DNA of 64,000 nt, taken from assembly GCA_030265395.1 (NCBI GenBank), contig JARFYF010000022.1:42473567-42537566 (forward strand), written 5' to 3'. Below the pieces are notes generated by a model, which saw only the letters and a list, made by a program, of their open reading frames with translations, searched no databases and was not told the origin of the DNA. This DNA is from Rhina ancylostomus. Taxonomy: Eukaryota. The translations under genes and the position numbers were made by a program. Below are positions 26,701 to 38,700 of the stretch, in pieces; the stretch's first letter is position 1; every line of letters begins with the position of its first letter.

Positions 26701-29700
26701 GAACTGAAGGCTATTGGTCATTCTAAGAGCTAGAAGCGTCGGATCTGTTCCAACATACTAAAAAATCCATTATTACTTGATCCGATATCTTAAGCTATCT
26801 GAGATGTAAGTGTTCAAACATGTCCAAGGAACTAGGCCTCTGCTTGTAGGCTGTGACGGGTATGGCTTCCTACAAGTTGGTTCCTCCTTTCCTGCAACCT
26901 GCTGCTGCTCCAGGTGCTCTTGTTCATCATTGACCGTTTCCGGATCTCAAGATAAGCAGAGCCCATGGTGAGCTGCAATGTGTACTTAGAAGCTGGTACC
27001 TCCAAATTTTGTAAGGTGAATAGCAAAGTGCACAAACTTAGCTTAAATTCTGATAAAACTTTTTCACAATAAAGTTTTTTCACAATGCCCCAAGACAAAT
27101 TCTGTTCTTTGTCTCTTGCAGAGGCACAAGACGAGTAGTATCTCACTGGTGACCTGTTTAAAAAGCAGGGGACTGGTACCTTGTTTTCCTTGCTGACATC
27201 CAATTATGTCAATGGCCATCCATGAGGCAGGTCAGAATGAATGGGTGCTCGCCTCTTCTTTACTCATAGCTGCTTTCCCTCACATGTAGAAGTATTATCA
27301 ATCACCCAATACTGTTCAGCATAGCTGCTAGTTTTCCAGTGAGTCACCACCTTTAATCACGCACACTACCCAATACACTGTTGAGAAGAACACAAGACTT
27401 ACTGAGAGTTCTGGTTTGGAAGTTGGCATCGTCAGAACCGAGGTGACAGAAATAAATCATCAGAATGGTGTCTTTGTTGGAAGTAGGCTGGGAGGGAGTG
27501 CCGTAAAAGCAGTTGTGTGAATCTGAGGGTTTTTAGTGGATACTAGTCATTAGTCTAACCTCTGATACGGAGAAATATCAAGCAAGAGAAAGGTAAAGTC
27601 AGAGGTGACCATTTGAAGGCAACAACCTGGTGAAACTTGGCAGCAAAGGTGATGAAATTTTCTAGCTCAGAAAACAGCACCATTACAATCATCTATGTGC
27701 TGAAAAAAGCTGAGAGCTGGGACCCAAATATAATGAAAGCACCACATATTCCAAAATGATGCAGGCCCATTGTTCCCACAGGAATGTCTTTTATTCAGAA
27801 TACTGGATGCTTTTGAATCTGGGATCTAAACTGCAGTGAAAAATACTTGAAAAATATTTGCATACTAAATTTGCCACTTTATGATGCTCTACGAATTTGG
27901 TATGACAGGATGAGCAACAATCATTAAAGGCTGATGTTTAAGTTGCTGAGCTATCACAATGCATTGTGATTTTTTCTTGAACTCTGGATTTTGTCACAAT
28001 TAATTAACATAGAATGATGGTCCCATCATTTTTCAATCTACAATGAAATAGCCTTCTGAATAAAAACGACTGCTTTCTTGGATTTTTCTTCTGCTTTAGT
28101 GAATCTCAACAATTTTGTGATTTTTCTACTTGCACAGATGATGCCCAACCCTCTGAGTGTTTTCAGCATTTTCTGTTGAGTTCAGATTTACAGTATCTGC
28201 ACTTTTTGACTTATTTTTATCCCAATTACTCAATTTTACCCCAAAATACTAGTCCAAAAAAAAAGTCATTACTGAACGTTATATTTGTGTGACTTCTTCT
28301 CTCGGTAGAAGATAGACTTTCATATTTATTTGAATCTTTACATTCTTACTCTGCATAAAGATATCAATACATGCAAAGAACCAATATGCCTCAAGTACCG
28401 TAATTTCAATTTGCAACTAGCAATTAATTTCCAGCAGTCAAGTGAGTTGATAGAATTGGAAAGCACAGCAGGGCATGCAGATCACCGAGCTGGTGCCAGC
28501 TGTGAAAGAACTACCCAAGCTTCAGTGCCACTACATCTTTATATGAGATTTTACTTTATCAAGTAAAGTAACTTTCATTTCCCTTTTGAAAATTACAACT
28601 TGTCCTGTTTCCATTACCCTTAAAGAAGCACATTCCAGATGATCAGTGTGTAAGTTTACCCCCAACTCGATCCCACCTGAGATTGCTTTGAGCAAGTTTC
28701 AGTGCATGATAAGATCCTGAGGGTTCTTGACAGGATGGACATGGAAAGAATGTTTCCTCATGTGGGAGAATCTAGAACTATGGGTGATAATTTAAAGATA
28801 AGGGGTTGACCATTTTTCTCTCAAAGTCACACACCTTTGGGAATCTCTTGAAGGGGTAGTGGAAGCAGAGCCTTTGAATATTTTTAAGGCAGATGTAGAA
28901 AGATTCTTGATAAAGGAGATGAAATGTTACCACAGGTAGACCCAGGTTACAATCAGATCAGTCGTAAACTTATTGAATAGCAGAGCAGGCTGAGTAGCCC
29001 ATCATTGCTCCTAATTTGTATGTTCATATGTTTGTTTTTTTTTGCTTTCCAATGGAATCAAGCAAAGGAAGATTGTCAGGGTTATAGTCAATTACGATTT
29101 TGTTGTATTGAAATTATGGTACTGTTCACCTAACACCATTGGCTAAAAGCAAGTCTTTGAATCAAGAAATGTTGACTTTACCTGAGGATGAGCAGCATTT
29201 ACACCAGCAGTTAAGGCTGCTGGGGAATAGGTTAGGTCAGCTGAACCACCACCGAGAGTAGCAAAGGGCTGATAGGAAAGACGGGAACTGTAGAGCTGGG
29301 AGAAAGAAGAAAGGCACAGAAAACAGAGACAGAATCTAAATAGTAATCAGAGTGAGCACACAAGGAACAAGAGGGAAACAAAGGATTGACATCACAAAGT
29401 ACGCAGAGTCAGAATTATGATATCTTAGTTTAATTACTATTCAAAAACTAAAAATTAATTGTCCTAGTTTTATATGGATTCTTACTAAAAACTAGTGTAA
29501 CCCAATAAAGACATTCCATCATGTACACCATGTCATCCTACTCAGTTAATTCCTCTAGTGTTACAATTAGATTTGTTTCTTCCCCGTCACTTTCCCATCA
29601 GCTATTGAACAACAACTTCATTCTGTTCAACTGGTAGTAGTTGACTTTATGAACAACCCAACATCACAACAGACTGAGGCACCAGAAAACTTGTACAAAA

Positions 29701-32700
29701 AAATCTGAGTGCCCATTACGCTCAAGTCTGACTGTTCAACTGCACCTTGTATGCAAATGAAACTTCCAGATAGAGATTTTGGACTCTTGATGATCCATCC
29801 AGATCTCTAGCAAACAGTCTCAAATCAAAAATAAGCACATCCAGGAAATCTAGACACTGTTCTGAAGAAATGAGGACTTTTCATAATTATCCAAATGACT
29901 CAACCTCTCTCCCAGTCATACGTTAGCCTGTCCTCCACACTTCTCCTTTCTAGCAAGTAATCTCGATTACAGATTGTTCAAAAAAAAGGCACGTTCGTAA
30001 ATTTGATCCTCAACAAAAAAAATTGTCTCCATCTTATGTCTATTTTCTGACTGTACGCAACCCATTATCTTACCATTTATGCAACCGGCCCAATCTCGGT
30101 GCAGACTGCTGTCAAGCAAGGCTGTGTCATTGCCCCAATACTTTTCTTGTCTTACTTGTTGCAATTCAGAATATCACCTCAAAATAAAGCTTATAGAATG
30201 GGAATGGGAATTGAATTGGCATGCAACAGGGAGCTCAGGATAGCCACTGCAGACAGAGCATGGTGCATCCATTCTGACAGCTCTGGTAAGGGATGTGCAA
30301 AATGTTGGACGGATTTCAGCTGCAAACTTCTCTTTTGGACCTTGCCAGAAGGCAAACTGGAAAAAAATCTTTAATGTTGTGGTTTGTTTAATTTTAGGTA
30401 GATGAAAGATCAATGTACATGTTGCTGAAACATCAAATGAAAATAATCTTTATTTCCATGTTTCCTCAAAATGTTTTTTTCAAATGCACAATCAGAAAAT
30501 GGTTCTTGGTTAAAGGAAAACTTGTGGACCATCCTGCTCTTAAGATTGACCTGGAATCACATACTTGCTGATCTTGAGCTACACTGAATGTGTAAATAAA
30601 CTAACTGTGTCTTCTTAAAGCAAAGTCCTTTGGATTATTAAACCAGATGCAAAACCACTGCTGAACTTGGATGTAGGAAACGTATCTAAAATGTTGAAAG
30701 CTATAACAACGTCTTCTGCACAATGGATCCTTGGCACTTGTGTGTGTGCTTTTTTTCCTTAAAATAAAGGCCATAGATGAAGAGCAGAAAAGGCGCCAAA
30801 AGGTGGAAAGAGCAAAAAGCATGAAAAATCAGGAAGTAGTACAAGTAATACCAAGTATGTCTTCGAAAAGCCTACAGCCTAGGAGGAACAATATACAAAG
30901 GGAAATAGATCCTGCAATCAGTTCAGATTATAATGCTTTGGGAATACTGAAGAAGAGGAAAAAGTTTACAAGATCTCCTTTTTTTAAGATCCAAGAAACA
31001 CTGAGAGCAAAGGTGACTGACATATTTTTCATTTGTTAATTGTGCCCTGTACAACTGAGTCCAAACTATTAATGTATATTAAGAAAAACAACAATCCTTT
31101 TACTGACACCTGGGGAACTCCGATGTACATCGCCCGCCCCCCGCAGCTTTTAAAAAACCTTTCACGACCATTCTGCCTTCTATTACTAAGCCAATTTTCT
31201 ACCCATGCTGCTACACAGCCCCTTTTATTCCACGGTCTTCAATCTTGATGACAAGCCATTTATAGGGCACCTTAGTGATCAGCTTTTGGAAATTCATGTC
31301 ATATTAACCACATATCCCTCAACAACCCTCTGTTACTCATTGAAGAACTATCTAGTGGGCTACACAGGAGATCCATAAACCACATTTACACAAGTGACTG
31401 CTAATTCTGTCCATGATTCTTGTTTCTTGAACTTTGGTTGGTACCAAGTTAAAACGGATTGATCTGTAGTTAATGAGTTTATTGAACAAGAATCAAACAC
31501 CCACAATTTTTCCACTCCTTACACACCACCCTAACCCAAAGATGTATGGAAGATTGGCCAGGATGGCCAGGATGTTTGCAATTTCTCCCTTACTTCTCTC
31601 AGCAACCTACGATGCATCCATCTGGACCGGGCGATTTATCAGCCAGCTTTTCTAATGGCTCTATGATTTAAAATCCCACCCAAAATCTAAATCACATCTT
31701 CCTTTGCTGAGACTACAGCAGTATCATCTCCCATGGTGAAGAAAGGTGCAAAGCACTGCTTACCTCAGACATGTCTCTTGTCCCCATGTGGTGAGGTCTC
31801 CGATTTGCCCTACCTCTCGTCTCCTAATCCTTTGACACCAACCAGCACAAAGCCTGCTTGATTGGCATCCCCTCAACTATCCTAAACATTCATTCTCTCC
31901 ACTACCAGCAGACCGTGGCTGTAGTATGTACCATCTACAAAATGCTCTGCAATTACTCACCCAGGCTACTCCAACAGCACCTCTCAAATCTACAATCTCT
32001 ACCACTAAGAAAGACAAGGGCACAGGTGCATGGAAACTCGACCACTTACAGGTTCCCCTCCGCGTTGCACACCATCCTGATTTCGAAGTATTTCGATCCT
32101 GCTTCACAGTGATGTGGCTTAAATCCTGGAACTCCCTCCCCTGTGGGATTACCTTTATCAGGACTGTTGTGGTTTCAGGCGCGCTTACCATCATCTTTGC
32201 CAGGGCAATTAAGGACAGGGAATAAGTCACATACTTATGGGGTCCCAAAATAAGGGATCACAGTGATCTATATTTGATGTAGGGAATACAGTCATCTCAC
32301 GTTTTCCTCCAGGTCATGCTGCATTCCAATTTGAATATATATTGCATGTGTCTTTTTTCACAAGGCAAACATTTGTTAGTGCAGTCCTTCACATTTGAAA
32401 ATAATGGCATTTTTCTTGTCAATATTAATGGCCTCATAATGCTACAAATAATGCAAAAACCTTTCAACTGTTGCCATATCTCATCACATATCTTACGCCC
32501 AGTCATTCTGCTGCAAAATACAAAGCTGGTTTTATTCATTTTGTCGTGTTCTGCACTGTCCTTATTTCTTCATGCACATGGACAAGTGCCTTACCTCCCA
32601 CAATGGCATAAACAATTACACTTCAATATTACCTGGTTGTTGCCCTCCATTTCAATTGTTCATCAGCCACATAAAAATATCCCTGCAGAATGTTAGTTCG

Positions 32701-35700
32701 ACGGAGGTGATGACCCTGCTGTAGATTCCAGTTTTGTGTCACTGGTAACTTCGACAGATTACACCTGGGACCCTCGTCTAATCATCAATAGATTGTGAAC
32801 AGCTGGGGCCACAGTGGGATTCTTGTGGCACCCCACTACAATTTCACAATCATCCATCTATTCCTATTCTCTGTTTTTTTCTGTTAACCATTCCTCAATC
32901 TATGTTTGCTTATCACCCAAATACAACATATATTAATTTTATTCAATAAGCTCCTATGTGGAAACTTACTGGAGGCTCTTTCAAAGCCCAAATACACCAC
33001 ACCCACAGGATCACTCACATTAATTATACGAGCTATATTTGACAGTCGTCAAATATAATTTCCCTTTCATAAACCCGCGTTGACTTTGCCCATTCTTAGT
33101 ATTCTGTTACCCTTAATAAAAAAAACAAAGCATTTTCTCTTCTCCTGACAGGTGTCTATTCAATTGGTAGGGGGTGCAATGCACATTTGCAAACCATAAT
33201 TGGTTGACGTGTAAACTCACTTGATGCGTAAAGGTCAAACCTAGCATGGGGACCTTCAGTGTGTCCATCACCGCTGGCCTGGGAGTCTGAAAGTGTGTCT
33301 TACTAATAGTAAACACACACTTTACACAAACATAGACAAACACAAAAGAGAAGGAAAAAAGAGAAAAGGAAAATAGAACTTAGATAGAAAAGAAGGCCAG
33401 TTTTTCATGCAGCTTTCAGAAATTTTTGATATATAAGTGAACAATATTTGAAAAATAAAGGCATTTCAAGAATGTATTAATGAACCCACAGCTGACGCAA
33501 TTTGGTACTGAACACGGCTACTATTTGACTCCAATTTCATTGATTTTTGGTGATCAAACCTTCAATTAGCTGGTTACCAAAACTTCAATGATGCCCATGT
33601 AGAATTTTCAGATTTTAAGCATACACAATTAGGTCTGTTCCCCTTCAATTTCTCCTTAACAATTTGGTGGCTCACTGCACTTTGATCTTACAAGTGTCAA
33701 TCACTCAAGAGATCACATTTCATGTGCAGATTTGCCAACAGGAAGGGCACTTTCAATTTTATTCTATTCAGGCAGTGGAGTTCAGTGGATAATAATTAGC
33801 AGCAGATCCTCTGATCATTATTTTTTTCTTCTTGCCCTGCAGACCAAGACTGATTGTAGCACCCCCTTCGGCACCAAGCTAAAGATCAGGTTACTTGGCA
33901 GAGAGCAGAAAGACTTTTTACCTTTACAGACGCAATCAACATTGACCTCAACCTCACTACTGACCAGTTTCCTTTCCAGGGCTGTCTCACTCACCAATTT
34001 CTAATTGGAGNNNNNNNNNNNNNNNNNNNNNNNNNNNNNNNNNNNNNNNNNNNNNNNNNNNNNNNNNNNNNNNNNNNNNNNNNNNNNNNNNNNNNNNNCC
34101 CACCAGATTGGAGACCCAGCTCAATGCCCCAAACACCACCCTGAACGATCCATCCCAATCATCAGCCTCTGTTCTTTGCCCCTTTTTTTCAATAGCCACA
34201 GGTTTCTTGCCAACACTGAGGATGGACTTCTGTCCCCCAACTTTGGCTCATTGTCCCAGCTGTCTAGCACTATATCTCCAGTATTGACAAGCAAACAGCT
34301 CACTTTTCACTTCTCATCTTCTACAGTTCCCCATTAATAACGGATCATCATCACCTTTCATGCTGACACATTAATCGTAATCTTAAATGAGGTCACCAAG
34401 ATCTTTCAATAGAATTTTTGAACTTTAATTTAATGCCCAATTTATATTACAAAAGATGCTGCTAAATATGGGATGTCAAATTGATACTGAAGAATAACGT
34501 AGCAGAAGCGTAACAGCGTACATATAGCTGCCCAATTACCACATATGCAATTTTCTTAATTTGGATGGAAATGTTTCTCAGTGTCTGGCTGAATTTGTTC
34601 ATACCAGAAGTGCAAAGCTTTTCCTACAGATAAATTGATGGCACCTTATGCCCATGAATGGAATGAATTATATATTGGAGACAGCCTATTAATTTTCCCA
34701 TCTAGGGTCAATGGTGAAATATCTCCTGTACAGAGCTTTGAATGTATCTTACAACACTGGGAAACTGAACACTGATCGCCCAGCTCCTTGAACGTGTATG
34801 TTAACATATTTTTTGCCTAATTACAGAAATTGTGATTTAGTTTTAAAATTATCAGTAGATAGTTCTGGAGAGTTCAATGCATCACTCACAAATATCTTAA
34901 CATTGGGCAAAAGAAAAATACTGCAATTAGAGGATATTCCTGAACAGTACAGTAAACTAAATTTGTGTTTGTTTTAGATTCAGACATATTTTCATATTTG
35001 TATTTCATAAATATCATGGAATCACAACAATAGCTTGTGTAAAACTTTAACAATATAGGTAGCCAGATCAACACATAGGTCTTCTAGTTTTAGTAACATA
35101 CTGCTATGATATTACATAGTACTTATAACTGACCAAATTAAATATCTAATAAATGAATTATAAAGCACTAACATCTGCTCATAAACAGTCACATGAGAAG
35201 GTTATGTGTCCAACCCAAGTGCAATGCCAAGAGAATCCACGAAACATATCAAGTTATTGAGCTGATTAGATTCTTACCCATTGTTTGAAAATGAATATAG
35301 AACACTACTATCATGTCCTGCCAAGTCTGATTTAAAAAGAAAGCTTTTCTTTAATCAATTATGAGTAGCAAATGATGGTTCCTGTTCCTTACCTGTGAGG
35401 GAGGGGAAGTGGAGAAAGAAGTGGTGCACACTTCCTGGGAATCTTCTACAGAAGGAAAAGTCCCTGCATCCTCTTCGTTAGGTGCCCTGCAGAGGCCATC
35501 AATAAATATTTTGATCTACTTCATGCACTTTGTCCATTCTATTATCAAAACTATACAGGGCGCAGATAAAGCTTATTCAAGTTTACACCAACACATAATT
35601 ACAACTTTATTTATAAATTTTACAAGCATCTCATACCCTCACTCCGATAGGACTTTTCTAATGTGGTTCTATGTTCTATGGTTCTATGGTTAATTCAATG

Positions 35701-38700
35701 CTTTGATGAGCAATACAAACTTCCAAGTCTTCAGAATGGGACTAATACAGCTGCATGACATCAGAATTAGACTGTACTGTCTGAATGTTTGAAGTAAAAA
35801 CATTGCTTAGGTGTCAACTTGAACTTTAATTTGGTCGTGTTTGATAGTTTTAACCTGAAATGTAATCTTGCAAAACCTTATCTCAGTACCTTAAGCAGAG
35901 GGCACCATTAAAGACCACTGTTCATAATCAGCATTCGCACGCTAAATCAGAGTTTAAGAAGTCTAACAATGCCACTTCAAAGAAACCAAGATAGAATGAG
36001 AAGATCATTTCTGGTTGACAAAGCAATCCATTTCTCAAGTGACTGCCATATTTCTCATGTTTTCTCACAACACAGAAGGATGCCATTTGGCCCATCAAAT
36101 CTATACCAGCTCTCAAAGCATTCTCTTCAGTGTCACTCCCCCCATTCATTTCCTTATAACCTTTTCTCTCTCATATAACCTCACATCAACTCTCCACTGA
36201 TTCTCCTGCCACCCACCTACACTAGCAGCAATTTACAGTGACCATTTAATCTGATAGCATGTCTTTGGGATGTAGTAGGAAACTGGAATACACGGGAGAA
36301 ACCCATGCAATCACAGGAAGAATGAGCAAGCTCCACACAGACAATAGCCGAGACACCCAGGTGACCGGAGCTGTGCGGCGACATGAGAAATGGATTGCTT
36401 TGTCAACCAGAAATGATCTTCTCATTGTATCTTGGTTTCTTTGAAGTGGCATTGTTAGACTTCTTAAGCTCTGCTTCTATGACTCACAGAAAACAAACCA
36501 GGAAACAGATTGCTGAATTTTAGAACAGGAGAAAGTATATTTGGTGCGTTCCTGTACTTGAGATAGCTCCAAAAAGCCACCTCATTCAGAATTGACAGCT
36601 GCCGTGCCTGCTCTATTCTTTGTGGTCGATGCTTCAGTATTTTTGCAAGCTATTTTGTTATACCATGATGAAGTCTCATCAGAGCAACAAAGGCTAGACA
36701 ATAAAATTTATTTATAAATTGGAAATAATTGTACATTAGTCACTGACAATACAGTGGTTGAACTAAATGGGTCTCAACAAAATCAACTGGCCCACGAGCT
36801 GAAACAAATGGAGTTTTACAAATTGAAATTTTGCTTACACGTAAATTGCCCAAGTAATATATGGTTGTTGACTAACCAGCTGAAAAATCAATGGGGAACA
36901 GGAGAATTGCTATCCATTCAACACCTATCCTTCAGTCCCAAACATTTTTAATGGGGAAGACTGGAAGAAGGAAAGTGAGAATAGAAGGAAAAAAAATTCA
37001 GAGATGACATTCCACAGCCTGGAGGTGTAGAATAATTAACGGCATTACTTAACCCTTATTTCTGTCCTTCCTAAAATATAAGGTACTGAAGCCCTCTCAA
37101 CAAGTAATAGTTTACTCAGCAGCTAATGGGATTGCACTAACACCGCTATAATATGCCTTTGATAAGGACAATTTCCTTGTCATGCCAAAATCAGTCACAA
37201 GGCTGCTGTGAACTTTGGGATATCTGAGATGCTGCAATATACTTCGCACCATGAATGATTCTTGGGGAATTGTCTGTTGGTACACATCTCCTGGAGGCAG
37301 GAACAGTAAGAAGAGTGAAGGGGCATCTGGACAGGTACTTAAATGAGTGATATGATTGATACGGAATTAATGCAAGCAAGTGGGATTAGTATAGATAGGC
37401 AAGATGGTTGGCATAGCACAATGGGCTGAAAGGTCTGTTTCCATGCTGTACAACTCTAGTGGACTTGAATGTACCATTTTACTGATGCAAGAGTCTCAAA
37501 CTTCTTAACCCACTAAAGAGAAGCTACCACTGTCATGGTTCTGAGTACTGGCCCTCAATTTGGCTCCATTGATGGTGCCTTGCTGTCCAGCACATGGATT
37601 CCATGCTTGACTGATTGCATAACGGCACACAGGTGAGCCCCATCAGGGGCCTAGCATAAGTACCTGGGTTTCTCTAGCACTGGTTGCCAGAATATTGGTC
37701 AACCTTTGGGTATACTCTGTCTCCTGGCTGCTTAGAGTTTTCAACTCTAGAGCAGTCCCGGTTTCACTGTTCCTCTTAGGATATCCAGATTTTGTGTTGG
37801 GACTCCACCTCAGATCCCTGAGGCAAGATTCCTTCCNNNNNNNNNNNNNNNNNNNNNNNNNNNNNNNNNNNNNNNNNNNNNNNNNNNNNNNNNNNNNNNN
37901 NNNNNNNNNNNNNNNNNNNNNNNNNNNNNNNNNNNNATCCTGACTCCAGTCTTGTACCAGTGTGCTGCATTTGGGTTCTCTGCGAGCTTGCTCTTTGCTC
38001 AACATTGTGACAACTACAGCATGGAATATTGGCATTTAACATTTAGCAGATGAATACATGGATGGACAGCATCAAAAGCAGACCTAAAATAATCTGCAAT
38101 AGGAGCAGCAAAATCTGGAGCAGTGTACAAGCCTCGGCAGAGACTTCCTCCACTCAGCCGCAGCCAGCAGCGGGAAGGACAGCAGCAAGGTTTCCGCCAA
38201 TAACTTCTGGTGATAAACTTTTGTTTATGTAAAAGCCCTCTTTCATTTAGGTTAGATCCACAGCAATATTTTATGCCAAGAATACTACATTCAGCAACAA
38301 TCGATTGGGAAGAATATTTTGGACTGATTTGCAATCTTTCTGTCAGCAAATCTGATCAAGAACACCTCCAGTGAAGGCTGATTCTGATGAGAACGTAGGC
38401 TCACACTCAGGATTCTCCATTCTGATTCACAAATATCAAGTATGTAATCCTGGAACTTGTCTAGACGTTGGGCCAGGGGGTTTGGTGGTAGGCTTGAAGG
38501 CTGAGAATGTGGTGCTGCTGTGTTTTCTGATTCAACTGAGAATTTCACAAGCTTCAAGGATACAAGGAAAGGAATGTACTGCAACTTAATTGATGCCAGT
38601 ACTGGCAAATGTGGGACCAGGAAGAAGTCTTGGAGGATTATTAAAGCTGCCTGCCACAAAGTAACACTGGCATTGAACTCAGCCAAGAACGCTGACTACT

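Noticed and set aside
30731-31039. 102-aa Lys/Glu-rich ORF
   Set aside because: Purine-rich intronic sequence antisense to ATG13, with a non-ATG start, no recognisable domain and no splice support.
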